From an uncultured Elusimicrobiales bacterium (GTDB lineage: Bacteria; Elusimicrobiota; Elusimicrobia; Elusimicrobiales; Elusimicrobiaceae), in assembly GCA_944324105.1 (NCBI GenBank), contig CALUVA010000001.1:1-56161 (forward strand): a stretch of 56,161 nt of DNA, read 5' to 3'. The translations under genes were made by a program, and so were the position numbers. The notes below the pieces were generated by a model that saw only the letters and a program-made list of their open reading frames with translations, was not told the origin of the DNA and did not search any database. Shown one piece after another: positions 26,915 to 39,551 of the stretch. The first letter of the stretch is position 1. Every line of letters begins with the position of its first letter.

Positions 26915-28805
26915 ATTTCGTATCTCCGGTTTTGCGGTATATCCGCAGGTAAATTTCAAAAACGGATCCTTTGCCTTCTTCACTGTGTATAAACAGTTTT
27001 CCTTTATGGCGGCTTACCGCCTTGCGTACCACGGCCAGCCCCAACCCGGTACCGCGAGCTTTGGTGGTAAAGAAAGGAGAAAATATTTTTTCTTTCAGTT
27101 CATCCGAAATACCGGGACCTTCATCGGCAATATAAATACAGGCCGCATTTTTCCCGACCCGGCTTCCCACCGTAACGGTACCCTTTCCCTGCATGGCTTC
27201 ACAGGCATTGGCAATAATATTACGCAAAGCCTGCTTAATTTCTTCAGCATCTACTTTTAGGCGGGCACTTTCAGGGTCCAGATCTTCCCGAATGCGCACA
27301 TCACAGGGAGCGGGAAAAGAAACCACCACTTCATGTAAATAACTGTTTAAATCAATCACGCTTAAAATCATGTCGCGGCTGCGTGCAAAGCCCAGAACTT
27401 CGCTGATAATACTGTTGGCTTGTTTGATTTCGGACTCAATAATAGAAAACTGTTTAATCAGCTTGGGATTAGACGGAGGCTCTATGGTTTTAATCAGCCG
27501 CGTGGCATTGCTGATCACAGCCAATGGGTTGCGTATCTCATGGCTGATAATAGAAGCCATCTGCCCAATAGCTGCCAAACGCTCCGACTTCACAAGCTCA
27601 TCCGTAGCAGCTTTCAACTCCGCTGTACGTTGTTGCACACGCAGCTCCAACTCGCTGTTCATGGCAGACAATTCTCTTTGGGCAGACAAAATGGTATTCT
27701 TTCGCTCACGCAACACTACGGCCATATGCAAAAATACGCGTGCCAGCTGGCCAATTTCATTATTGGGGATAATCAGGTCTTTTTCCGCGGGCATATAATC
27801 GTCCTCCCGCTCCAGCTTTACAGCCGCCTCCTGCAAACGCTGTACAGGACGCACAATGGGAATAATAACCAAATAGGCCACCAACACCACAAAAGCCGCC
27901 ATAACCAGCAAAATAGCGGCCACGTCCCACAGAGAATGGAAAGTGCTTTCCAATAAAAGCTTATGAATGATATCTGCCGGCTGACGCACATATACCGTCC
28001 AGTTTAACACCGGCACCTGTGCACGGCTGACCAAAATAGGCTCTCCGTCCATATTTTTGATTCGGCCGCCGCTGCTGCCGTCCAGTTCGGGCCCCCAACG
28101 GCGCACTTCATAACGCAGCGGATTATCCGGTGTAAGCGCCAAGCCGCCTTCTGCACCGGAATAAGAAATCAGGGCTCCATCAACACTGACCACCGCTGCA
28201 AACATATCCTGGGGATAAATTTTTTCCAAAGCAACGCCTAAAGTGTTCAAATCCATCTCCGCCACTAAAATACCCACCACTTCTTTGTCGGTGCGGTGCT
28301 CACGCAATGGAAATGCCATCAGTGCATATAGATGACCGTTGTCCCGGTTAATGGAACCGACATAGTCCTTGCCTCCATCCACACAGGTATGCAGGATAGT
28401 CCCCAGCTCTGAAGCATAGCTGAAACGGGTTTTATCATCCCCAGAATAAAATAGCAAACGCCCCGCCGGATTTAAAACGGAAATATGGGTGATTTCGGGA
28501 TTTTTCTCACGCAGATAATCAATATCTTCTTTATTAACAAACGGATGCCCGCCGAAATCGGTATGCAAATCGGTAAATACGGAGAAAAACTGCGCCTTAC
28601 GGCTGACTTCTTCGGACAAGAGGGCGGCTATTTGCGAAACAACCGTACGCTGCCTGTCCAACATTTCATTTTGCAACACACGGCTGTCTACGCGCAGCAC
28701 ATGCCAGCCTATAAGCACTACCGGTACCACCGATACAATGCTTAAAGCGATAATTGCCTTGGAAAACAAACTACCTGTTTTGTTTTTCACCTGCGCCTCT
28801 GACAT
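26907..28805 (-). CDS. Membrane sensor histidine kinase (Cache-like, HAMP, HisKA, HATPase)
   Basis: Two TMs, HAMP (RPVQRL...NEIGQLA), SHEIRNPL, NACEAM, DEGPGI, FFTTKARGTGLGL. Confidence 0.93.
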   Translation of the reverse strand: MSEAQVKNKTGSLFSKAIIALSIVSVVPVVLIGWHVLRVDSRVLQNEMLDRQRTVVSQIAALLSEEVSRKAQFFSVFTDLHTDFGGHPFVNKEDIDYLREKNPEITHISVLNPAGRLLFYSGDDKTRFSYASELGTILHTCVDGGKDYVGSINRDNGHLYALMAFPLREHRTDKEVVGILVAEMDLNTLGVALEKIYPQDMFAAVVSVDGALISYSGAEGGLALTPDNPLRYEVRRWGPELDGSSGGRIKNMDGEPILVSRAQVPVLNWTVYVRQPADIIHKLLLESTFHSLWDVAAILLVMAAFVVLVAYLVIIPIVRPVQRLQEAAVKLEREDDYMPAEKDLIIPNNEIGQLARVFLHMAVVLRERKNTILSAQRELSAMNSELELRVQQRTAELKAATDELVKSERLAAIGQMASIISHEIRNPLAVISNATRLIKTIEPPSNPKLIKQFSIIESEIKQANSIISEVLGFARSRDMILSVIDLNSYLHEVVVSFPAPCDVRIREDLDPESARLKVDAEEIKQALRNIIANACEAMQGKGTVTVGSRVGKNAACIYIADEGPGISDELKEKIFSPFFTTKARGTGLGLAVVRKAVSRHKGKLFIHSEEGKGSVFEIYLRIYRKTGDTKYG

Positions 28806-28815
28806 CCGATCTTTT

Positions 28816-28847
28816 AAAAACGGGGGCCCGGAAAGTCCAAGCCCCCG
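28816..28847 (-). terminator. Terminator-like hairpin within the locus
   Basis: Minus strand cgggggcttgga-ctt-tccgggcccccg followed by ttttt. Confidence 0.65.
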
Positions 28848-28873
28848 CCGGTATTACTTCTACAAATCCGCTT

Positions 28874-29824
28874 TTAGCAGCTTCCCGCCGGAGCCGCCGC
28901 GCCGTCCTGTTGAGCGCGGGCGGGGTTTAAAAATTCCAGTCCGGGTTTTTGAGATACACTGCCAAAGTCTAATACTTCTTTGCCCTCCCACAGGAAAGTG
29001 GGCGAAGCGCTGACAGCATATTCCTGGCCGTAAGTTGCTTCTGCCTTGAGCAATTCAACGCCTTCCGTATCAAATTTTTTCATGATTTTTTTACTGCTAA
29101 TACCAGCTTCATCCATTGCTTTGTCCCAGCGGCTGGAGCGATAGTCTTTGTTACGAATTTCCAAATATTTCCAAAATTTCTTCGGATAGTATTTGGCGAT
29201 CAGCAACTGACGGATGTTTTCTTCCCATTCAGCAGAGCCGTGCAAACTCCGGAACCCATTTTGAGGGTCATAGCTGACTACATAGCGCAGTTTAATTTCC
29301 GTATCCTTCGGCAGTTTGCCGTCTTTTTGCGCCTGAATAATCAGGTTTTCGGCCATAGCACCAAAAGGGCACTGGGACATCACAAACACTTCCAGCAGGC
29401 CCGGTTTGGCTTCTTTTTCACGGTATACACCGGTACGGGTCAGATGAGGGAATATCAGATAGTCGTCATTTTCCTGCACATAACCGGCATTAATCTGTTG
29501 TTCCAGTTTCGTGCGCAGCTCCGGCGTTTTCTTAACTAAATACAAAGGCAAAAAGCTGTAGTCCAAGTTGGCCAGTTTAGGATCCTGCTGGGCCTGTTCA
29601 TACGTCATGGCTGTTACTTTAGCCTCTCCGCCCAGGAAATTGGCTAATCCGGGAGCCAACTGCGGATCCTGTTTGCCGGAAGCGTAGTCTTCCGATTCCA
29701 CCACGATAAACTCAATGGTCGGTTTGGCCGCTTCTTTCTTGGCCGTTTTAGCCGTCGTTTTGGCTGCCGCAAAAGCGGAAGAAGCCACTAGACAGGCCGC
29801 CGCAAAAATAACCAGTTTTTTCAT
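28874..29824 (-). CDS. Exported thioredoxin-fold (DsbA-like) protein
   Basis: Signal peptide; VFVMSQCPFG, SLHG..E..E, cis-Pro loop ASPTF; C-terminal AGSC. Confidence 0.7.
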   Translation of the reverse strand: MKKLVIFAAACLVASSAFAAAKTTAKTAKKEAAKPTIEFIVVESEDYASGKQDPQLAPGLANFLGGEAKVTAMTYEQAQQDPKLANLDYSFLPLYLVKKTPELRTKLEQQINAGYVQENDDYLIFPHLTRTGVYREKEAKPGLLEVFVMSQCPFGAMAENLIIQAQKDGKLPKDTEIKLRYVVSYDPQNGFRSLHGSAEWEENIRQLLIAKYYPKKFWKYLEIRNKDYRSSRWDKAMDEAGISSKKIMKKFDTEGVELLKAEATYGQEYAVSASPTFLWEGKEVLDFGSVSQKPGLEFLNPARAQQDGAAAPAGSC

Positions 29825-29850
29825 TTCCTCACATCTCCTATCGGTTGAAT

Positions 29851-30123
29851 TTATTCTTTATCTTCCAGCTCCACGCATACTCCGCGGATGCCGATACCGC
29901 AGAGAATGTTGTAAGCCAGCAAAAAGAAAACGGTCAACACCAAAAACAGCAGGGTGTTAATAATGGCAGACATAATCATATTCATCAGAAAAGACAGATT
30001 AAAACTCGCATCAGGGCTGAACATATTGATGATGCCGCCTACCAGCATGACCACAAAAACGGCCACCGGGAATACGGAAAAAATTACATTTGTAATGCCG
30101 ATTTTTTTGATTTCCACTTTCAT
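29851..30123 (-). CDS. Small two-TM membrane protein
   Basis: Start revised to ATG 30123 (MKVEIKK) behind GGAG; two hydrophobic helices, AYN...G...G..VEL tail. Confidence 0.75.
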   Translation of the reverse strand: MKVEIKKIGITNVIFSVFPVAVFVVMLVGGIINMFSPDASFNLSFLMNMIMSAIINTLLFLVLTVFFLLAYNILCGIGIRGVCVELEDKE

Positions 30124-30157
30124 GCACTCTCTCCCAGGGGGCAAACCCCTTCATTCA

Positions 30158-31270
30158 TTATAAAGATTTTTCAGGCTCTAGCACAAGTATCATACGATTT
30201 TTACCGGCATCGTCGGGCAACTGAACGGCTTTTACCGTACATTTTACATTCCCGCTGAGTACGCTGCCGCGCAACACTTTCGTAGGATTTTCCAAAGCTT
30301 CACCTACCACCTGAATAATGCTTTGCTGACGGCCATCAAAAATATCCAGCAGGTGCACGGGCCCTTTTTTCTTCACGTTCATTTCAAAATTGGTATACAA
30401 AATATTGTTATTCTCATCTATAATCAACGCTCTGGCGCCGTGCGGCACTGTTACGGCCAAAATGGTTTTCCACCATTTTTGTTCTTTTTCCAAAGACATA
30501 ATTTCCACATTTTCCAGGCCCTTAATATCTTCTTTAATACGGCCTAATAATGCGGCTACGGAAGCCGCCACATCCCCAATTTCATCCGGGCGCGGCGTAT
30601 AGGGCAGCTCCAGACGGTTTAAAGACACCGCCTCCACACTGTCCTTTAAGCCTTCCAACGGGCGGATGATTTTAAGCAGCAGGAATAAATACAACACTCC
30701 GCCGATTAGCAAAATCATAATAAACGCCCCTACAGCATAACGGACCATGGACTGACGGATAAGCGTTTTGGCTTCTTTACGGGAAACGGTGATGTTGACT
30801 ACTCCCGCCACCGTATCTTTAGCCAACACGGGGATAGCCATGTCATAGTAATTTCCGTCGTCAAACATAATGGCCTTGGGCACGCGGTCCTGAATGGCTA
30901 AAATGACTACCGGCGTATCAAAAACCACCTGGTTATTGTAATCAGCATAAGACATGCGCAAAAACTGAGTATCCTCATGCCAGCGGATGGAACCGTCGTC
31001 ATTTAAGTACACAAGATTTTTAATGCGGTCGTCATTGCGTTTCCAGGCCTTCATCACTTCCGCTTCCGGGAATGTAGCATCACTGCGCGGACGGGCAGAA
31101 AGGCTGGAGACCAAAAGCGGGGCACGGAAACGGACCATTTCCACCATTTCGTTTTGCAATTTCTTGTCAAACACGAATTTAAACATGTTATAGTAAAACA
31201 ATCCGCCTATGACAGCCGCATACAGCGACACCAGCACAAACCACAAAGTCCACTTATATGTCAGTTTCAT
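30158..31270 (-). CDS. Membrane sensor: periplasmic domain, HAMP and PAS-like domain, no output domain
   Basis: Two TMs, RPLEGL...RPDEIGDVA HAMP, LIIDENNNILYTN PAS-like start; no H-box or GGDEF. Confidence 0.8.
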   Translation of the reverse strand: MKLTYKWTLWFVLVSLYAAVIGGLFYYNMFKFVFDKKLQNEMVEMVRFRAPLLVSSLSARPRSDATFPEAEVMKAWKRNDDRIKNLVYLNDDGSIRWHEDTQFLRMSYADYNNQVVFDTPVVILAIQDRVPKAIMFDDGNYYDMAIPVLAKDTVAGVVNITVSRKEAKTLIRQSMVRYAVGAFIMILLIGGVLYLFLLLKIIRPLEGLKDSVEAVSLNRLELPYTPRPDEIGDVAASVAALLGRIKEDIKGLENVEIMSLEKEQKWWKTILAVTVPHGARALIIDENNNILYTNFEMNVKKKGPVHLLDIFDGRQQSIIQVVGEALENPTKVLRGSVLSGNVKCTVKAVQLPDDAGKNRMILVLEPEKSL

Positions 31271-31282
31271 AATTTTCTCCGC

Positions 31283-32650
31283 TTACCGGATGCCGGTCAG
31301 CTCCTCCACTTTGCGCAGGCCCATATCTGCATCGGTATTTCCCGGATCCAGCTGTTTGGCCACAATCCAAGCCTCTCTGGCTCGCTCATAATCATCCTGG
31401 TTGAAGGCATCCAAACCTTCAATATATTTCTGACGTGAAGCGGCGCTGGCCTCAGCCGATACGCGGGTAGCCGCTCCGCCGATACCCTGGGTAACGGTGT
31501 TGCCATCCGGCCCCAGCACAGCACCGGATGTGCCAGGTTGTAATTGTCCCGTAGCATCTCCTTCTATGGTAACCGTTTCCAACGGGTCTTCTATCGGCTC
31601 TTCTTCAGGTTGTTCAGCGCTTTCGGCGGCTTTACGCGCGGCTTCCTGTTTGCGGCGCAAGGCGGCCTCTTTGGCGTCACGTGCCTTTTTAATCAGACGA
31701 TCCATATATGCGGCATCAGCCCCCCACTTTTTGGCATTGGTCCAATAACTGATGGCCGAGTCATATTTTTGAATATTAAAAGAATTGTTTCCCGCAGTAA
31801 AATAACTCTGGGCGATTTCATCTTTAAGCTGGCTCATGTATTTTTGTACACGCGTATCTCCCGGCTGGATTTTTGTAATACGCTCAAACACCGCATAAGA
31901 TTCCGTAAAACGACCCTGGTTATAATAGTTCATGGCTTCTTCCATGGCATCTTTGACCTGCTGCTTGCGTAACAAATTTTCGGTTTGGGCTATTTTATTT
32001 ACCAACGCCGGATCGTCTTTACGAATAAGCAGGGCATTATACCAGTTATCCAATGCACGCTGGTAGTCTTGCTCGTCATAAGCCACATTTCCGCGGCGGC
32101 TGTATTCCTGGGCGATATCCTGGTCAATGCGTTTTTTCCAAGACAAGGCTTTTGAGTTATACGGCTGTATGGTCAAAATTTCATCCAATTTCTCATTAGC
32201 TTCCACCAAGCGCCCTGAATCATACATACGGTTGGCTTCTTGGAATTTGGCTTCAATAACCTCCGCCTCCGATGTTGTACCGTAAGCGCCCATATGGCTG
32301 GCCTGTTTAGCCAGGGTGGAGGCCTGGGTAAAATTGGGGTCTATGCTCAAAATAGTCTGCGCCATTTCCTGCGCACGTTGGTAATCCCCGCGGCGGTAAA
32401 GGGTATAAGCATTTTCATACACCTGACGCAACAAATAATTTTGAATACGCTGTTTTTCCAGTTGTACAGTGGAGAGATACTGCTTTTTCTCTTCCACATC
32501 GTTTAACGTACCCAGCGTAATCTTATTTAAATCCAGCATCATGCCTTCCTCTTTACCGTGCTGGCGGATCGGATTGGGCTGGCGCAAAGGCGCGGCCGAC
32601 ACTGCTGCGGCGGCGAAAACGGCCAAGACAAGCAAAAGATGTTTTTTCAT
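31283..32650 (-). CDS. Exported TPR-repeat protein (TadD/pilotin-like position)
   Basis: Signal peptide; multiple TPR units (A..LY..GDY..A......L.IDP). Confidence 0.85.
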   Translation of the reverse strand: MKKHLLLVLAVFAAAAVSAAPLRQPNPIRQHGKEEGMMLDLNKITLGTLNDVEEKKQYLSTVQLEKQRIQNYLLRQVYENAYTLYRRGDYQRAQEMAQTILSIDPNFTQASTLAKQASHMGAYGTTSEAEVIEAKFQEANRMYDSGRLVEANEKLDEILTIQPYNSKALSWKKRIDQDIAQEYSRRGNVAYDEQDYQRALDNWYNALLIRKDDPALVNKIAQTENLLRKQQVKDAMEEAMNYYNQGRFTESYAVFERITKIQPGDTRVQKYMSQLKDEIAQSYFTAGNNSFNIQKYDSAISYWTNAKKWGADAAYMDRLIKKARDAKEAALRRKQEAARKAAESAEQPEEEPIEDPLETVTIEGDATGQLQPGTSGAVLGPDGNTVTQGIGGAATRVSAEASAASRQKYIEGLDAFNQDDYERAREAWIVAKQLDPGNTDADMGLRKVEELTGIR

Positions 32651-32663
32651 AAATTTTATCCTC

Positions 32664-33554
32664 TCAGAAACTCAACCCCTGCGACAGCAGGCCTTTGATC
32701 ATAGGCGACAAAATCAAAATAAAAATTGTCGGAAATATAAAAATAAACAAGGGAAACAACATCTTCGTTGACGCCTGGGCTGCCAGCTTTTCGGCGCGGC
32801 TCATGCGGCGGCTGCGCAAATCAGATGAGAAGTTGCGAAGCAAATCCACCAAACTGGTACCCAGCTCATCAGACTGGATAATAAGCCCCACCAAAGAACG
32901 CACTTCTTGCACATCGGTGCGGTTGGCAAAACGTTCCAAAGCTTCACGACGAGAATAACCGAGTTTGATTTCATTAAGCGTTTTTTCCAGTTCTTCTTCT
33001 AAAACAGTTTTCTTTTTGGCGATATTAATAATTCTTTCAAAAGCAGTCAAATAATCCAAACCGGACTCAATAATCAAGGCCGCCAAATCTACCGTGGTGG
33101 AAAAATTCCCCAAAATTTCAGCCTGCCTCTGCTGAATACGGCTCTTAAGGATAATATCCGGCAAGTAAAATCCCAGCGGAACAAATAAAATGCCCCACAC
33201 AGTTTTAAACATCAACATAATGGCCGCCGGCACTACCATCGCCAAAATAACTTTGTAATACAGGATATCTACAGGCTGCGGAATATCGGGACTGCCCAAT
33301 TGCATATGCATTTGTTCCAGCGGGCGCTCCAGATGAAATGTGTGCAAACAAAATACTGCCAGCCGGTCCATCCATTTCGTTTCCGGCTGCAGACGCGCAA
33401 AACTGGACGAAGATTTAAAACGTTGGGCGGCTACGTCTACTATTTGCTCTTTCTCCTGTTTGGGTGCAAGCAAAGCAAACACCGCCGCAAATAAACAAAA
33501 CGCGCCGATGGCCAAAATCAGGTTCAACATCAAAGAAAACACAATGTCATTCAT
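32664..33554 (-). CDS. tadC: Tad inner-membrane platform protein TadC (T2SSF family)
   Basis: YLPD, DL..L.IESGL, LG.SRREAL, IQSDELGT, AEKLAAQASTKMLFPL. Confidence 0.92.
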   Translation of the reverse strand: MNDIVFSLMLNLILAIGAFCLFAAVFALLAPKQEKEQIVDVAAQRFKSSSSFARLQPETKWMDRLAVFCLHTFHLERPLEQMHMQLGSPDIPQPVDILYYKVILAMVVPAAIMLMFKTVWGILFVPLGFYLPDIILKSRIQQRQAEILGNFSTTVDLAALIIESGLDYLTAFERIINIAKKKTVLEEELEKTLNEIKLGYSRREALERFANRTDVQEVRSLVGLIIQSDELGTSLVDLLRNFSSDLRSRRMSRAEKLAAQASTKMLFPLFIFIFPTIFILILSPMIKGLLSQGLSF

Positions 33555-33558
33555 AAGC

Positions 33559-35189
33559 TCACACCTTAACCTCGCCGAGTTTGTTAATCAGTTTCATACC
33601 AATCATAATCCAGATAAAACAGCCGAAAAGAACAATCATTCCCGCTGGCGTGGTATAAAAAGAAATCATTTCATCGGGGCGGAATATAAACATAACTACC
33701 AGCATAATAACCGGCATAATTCCCACCACCAGCGCCTGTATTTTTTGCTGGGCGGTCATGGCATCCAGTTTTTCTTCCAGTTTGCTTTCCTCGCGAATAT
33801 TTTCCACCAAACGAGAGAAAATTACTGTTAAATTACCCCCCACCTGTCGCTGAATGATAATGGCCTTAATCGTATAAGAAAGCATACGGCTTTCCACACG
33901 GTCATCCAGTCCTTCCAATGCCTTTTCAAACGGCGTGCCCAGCTGATAGTTTTTGATGACCAGCCCAAACTCATCGGCAATAGGAGGCTGCATATCGTGC
34001 GATACCAATTCAAAACCTTGCACAATATCCATACCCGAACGCAATGAATTGGACAACAAAATTAAAGAATCCATAAGCTGGGCATTGATTTTACGTCCGC
34101 GGCTCTTTTTCAACCGGTCCAGCACAATCGGCGGGATGCGTACGGATATATAAACGCCAACCCCCGTTACCATCAGGAACAGAAATACCCCGCCAAAACC
34201 ACCGGCGGACCACCCCATCATCAGCCCAAAAAGTGCAAACACGGCTACTGTGCCAAAGACAATATAACGCACATCAATAGTCAAAAACTGACGGTTAAAA
34301 TCATCAGCCCAAGCTACACTTTTTTCCCGGTAGCGTTCCCACGCCAACTCCAATTCATCTCTTTTGTTTCTCAACAACAAATATACTGCATAGGCCGTCA
34401 ATATGGAGCCCAAAACCAGCAGCAGTGCGCTAAACAAGCGCTCTCCGGGAGTTGTCTGATATATTTTCGGATCCGGTTTTTCCATCGGGATAGGATCGGA
34501 GAGGAACTCGCTCCACAGCTGATTAGCCAACTCCACCACCGCCATCACTGACTGGCGATATTTATCTTCTTTTTGGGCAGCAGGACTGGTAAAAGATTCT
34601 ATCGTGCTGTAAAATTCTCTGTTCATCAATTCCAGCGTAGCCAGCATCGCGCGGGCGCGGCCGTCCATACTGTCCTTCATGTTGTACACATTTTGTCCGC
34701 GGACCAACTCTTTATTTAAGCGGTCCAAATTAGCCAACAAATTAATACGGTTGCCCACATAACCGCGCGAAAGCTGCTCCAATACTATAGGCTGGCTGGG
34801 ATCTAAGGCATTATTGGCTCGGGTCAAAAAAGTATATATATTGGCAAAAGTTCGATACCACAGGGTAGCCTCGCTTAAAGTACCTTCTCCCTGAATATAT
34901 ACCACTTTAAAAGCTTCCATGCGCTGCAGTTCCTGCGGGAACCACTCCGGCATGGTTACCTTTCCTTTCAAAGAAGGACCACAAGAGGCAGGATAGCTAT
35001 ACTGTTTTTGATCGGCAGGTTTGCTGACATCAAAAAAATAACTCATCACCTTCATTTTAAATTGGGCGCACTCTATCTGTTGCTTATCTTTGGCACTTAA
35101 AGCACGCGCCTGGGCATCCCGGGCTAAAAACAGCAACGGGAGAATCAGCAACAAAGTCAGCAAAAATATTTTTTTCATATCTTTAAATA

Positions 35190-35193
<4 letters not shown>
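33559..35193 (-). CDS. tadB: TadB (T2SSF family) with a large N-terminal exported extension
   Basis: C-terminal QL.DSL.LLSNSLRSG, PPIADEF, LGTPFEKAL, QRQVGGNL; N-terminal signal peptide plus about 230 extra residues. Confidence 0.88.
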
Positions 35194-37487
<2,294 letters not shown>

Positions 37488-37497
37488 AAAATGTTCA

Positions 37498-38232
37498 CTA
37501 TTCCACTACTTCCACTGTAATAAACAAGAAAAGCGAACGCTGTTCCTCTGTAACGTCTTTATATTTAAATAAAAGACCAATCAAAGGGATATGTCCTAAA
37601 ATAGGCACACGCGTTTCGCTGACGTTACGGGAACTGCTCTTTAATCCCCCGATGACCAGAGTTTCCCCGCTGTTAAGCTCCACATGGGTTTCCACATCGC
37701 GGTTAGTAAAAGACGGCGCCGTGGAGGTACCGATAGATACCGTGCGGGAATAGTCCACTGACGATACGGAAAGCTGTACCTGCAAATCAATAATATTGCC
37801 TCTTTCGGGAATAATAGTAGGCAACACGTTCAGCAAAATACCGTATTCTTCCAGCTGCGAGCCAACCCCCTGGTTATTGATAACGGGTATAGGCACTTTA
37901 CCACCTACGGTGATCTTGGCGGCGTTACCGGAACTGGTTACGATTTTCGGGTTGGACAGCACCTGAGCACGGCCTTCCGTTTCCGACAGACGCAAACGGG
38001 TAATTACCGCGGTCTGGCGCTCAAAGTCACCCAAAGACAATATACCCGGTATTTCCGCCTCCTGGAAGTCAAAAATCTGGTTCCATTCAAAGCCTTTGGC
38101 CGAGGTCAGCGTACCGCTGATTTCCACCACGTCTGCGCTGACAGCCACCAGCCTCGTTTTTTTGGCCAGCGCAGCCGGAGAAGCCAACGCCAACAATAAA
38201 ACAAACAGTGTGATTTTTGAAGTAAATTTCAT
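37498..38232 (-). CDS. Minimal secretin (RcpA/CpaC-like)
   Basis: Start revised to ATG 38232; AQVLSNPKI, GGKVPIP, EYGILLNV.P, SGETLVIGGL, VPILGHIPLIGLLF, LFIT. Confidence 0.88.
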   Translation of the reverse strand: MKFTSKITLFVLLLALASPAALAKKTRLVAVSADVVEISGTLTSAKGFEWNQIFDFQEAEIPGILSLGDFERQTAVITRLRLSETEGRAQVLSNPKIVTSSGNAAKITVGGKVPIPVINNQGVGSQLEEYGILLNVLPTIIPERGNIIDLQVQLSVSSVDYSRTVSIGTSTAPSFTNRDVETHVELNSGETLVIGGLKSSSRNVSETRVPILGHIPLIGLLFKYKDVTEEQRSLFLFITVEVVE

Positions 38233-38251
38233 ATGTTTTATTAGTCCTGTT

Positions 38252-39010
38252 TTATTGGAATAATCTATCAAAAGTGGCAACCTCCATTACATAGTTCGTC
38301 ACGTCGCCGGGCGAACGCAGGATGACTTTTATCTCGCTGCCTTCCTGGTTTTGAGCCAAAGCCAAATACTGCGCATCACGCGGAGATAAAGCCAAGCTCA
38401 GCGCCCCCGTATCGGTATAAGCATTGGCATCTTCTTCGCTGTTTTGCATGGCCGCAGCCGTACGGGCATCCATTCCCTGCCCCAAATCAGACCCCACGCC
38501 AAGCACTTTGATGTTCTGCAGCAACGTCATGGTTACTTTTTGGCGGGCGCCGTTTTTCATAATGGCATCAAACGTGACCAAAACATCAATATTGTCATCG
38601 GGTTTAATCATCCCGGCCACATCAGTAGGGACGGTAATAATAAAGCCTCTCAGTTGTACAGGAATTTTACTAGAAAGGCCCGCTTCAGGAGAAAGCGAAG
38701 TAACCGCATATTTGGAAATTTGGTTTCCTTTAGGAATTTGAATGCGAGCAATAGAATTTTCAATACGGGCTAAATCTGCATCCGTCGTATATGTAAAAGC
38801 ATCCTGCTGCACATAGGCCGAAGGCACCTGCACGCGTTTTAAATAATCGCGGCGAATCACTTCGCGCTCTTTAATATCGCGGATAGGAACCAGCACTGTT
38901 TTCATGCTTTTGGAAGCATTCAGTTTTTTGGACTGGCTGTTGACAATCATCGCGTATATGAGGGCGGCCAATACAGCAACCACCAACGGCAGCATCATTC
39001 CTTTTTTCAT
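38252..39010 (-). CDS. cpaB: Flp pilus assembly protein CpaB/RcpC
   Basis: TM, SAF-like domain, VAGMIKPDDNIDVLVT, LLQNIKVLGVG, L.LRSPGD-like tail. Confidence 0.92.
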   Translation of the reverse strand: MKKGMMLPLVVAVLAALIYAMIVNSQSKKLNASKSMKTVLVPIRDIKEREVIRRDYLKRVQVPSAYVQQDAFTYTTDADLARIENSIARIQIPKGNQISKYAVTSLSPEAGLSSKIPVQLRGFIITVPTDVAGMIKPDDNIDVLVTFDAIMKNGARQKVTMTLLQNIKVLGVGSDLGQGMDARTAAAMQNSEEDANAYTDTGALSLALSPRDAQYLALAQNQEGSEIKVILRSPGDVTNYVMEVATFDRLFQ

Positions 39011-39058
39011 TGTTTCTCCTTAACTTTTATCCCGGCAAATTAAAAACAAAATCGTTTA

Positions 39059-39547
39059 TTACGCTTCATCAGAACTGGCGTATGTTTTTTCCACGGGCAT
39101 ACGCGTCGTGGCTTTTATACGGCGTATTCCTAGACGTTTTGGCTCGTCGGCCAGCAACCAGCTGGTGCCCGGAAAGGCCAAACGGATGGGATAAGTTACC
39201 GTAACTATCACATCTTCATGTCGGTGGCGCTTGTACATAGGGTCCACCCCCGTCGTTTGTACTTTTACGCCCACATTAATAAATTGTGCATTGCTGCCAA
39301 ATACTTTCTGCTTGGCAATATTTATTTTATTTCTCATCCGGCCCGCATTGGCCCGGCCGCTGGGCTTATCCGCCCCTACCAGAGCCCCTATGCGGGCAAA
39401 TTCATAGGAAGCGTGGTTGGCGATAATTGTGTGATAGGCGATGTTGCCATATTCCAGAATAAAGAATATCATCAACATCAGCACCGGCAGAATAAGCATC
39501 AGTTCCACCGTTACCTGCCCCTCACGCCTCCTATGAAAGAACTTCAT
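39059..39547 (-). CDS. tadE: TadE-like minor pilin
   Basis: Start revised to ATG 39547; REG|QVTVE, hydrophobic helix, ASYEFARIG, V.VTYP. Confidence 0.88.
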   Translation of the reverse strand: MKFFHRRREGQVTVELMLILPVLMLMIFFILEYGNIAYHTIIANHASYEFARIGALVGADKPSGRANAGRMRNKINIAKQKVFGSNAQFINVGVKVQTTGVDPMYKRHRHEDVIVTVTYPIRLAFPGTSWLLADEPKRLGIRRIKATTRMPVEKTYASSDEA

Positions 39548-39551
39548 ATCT

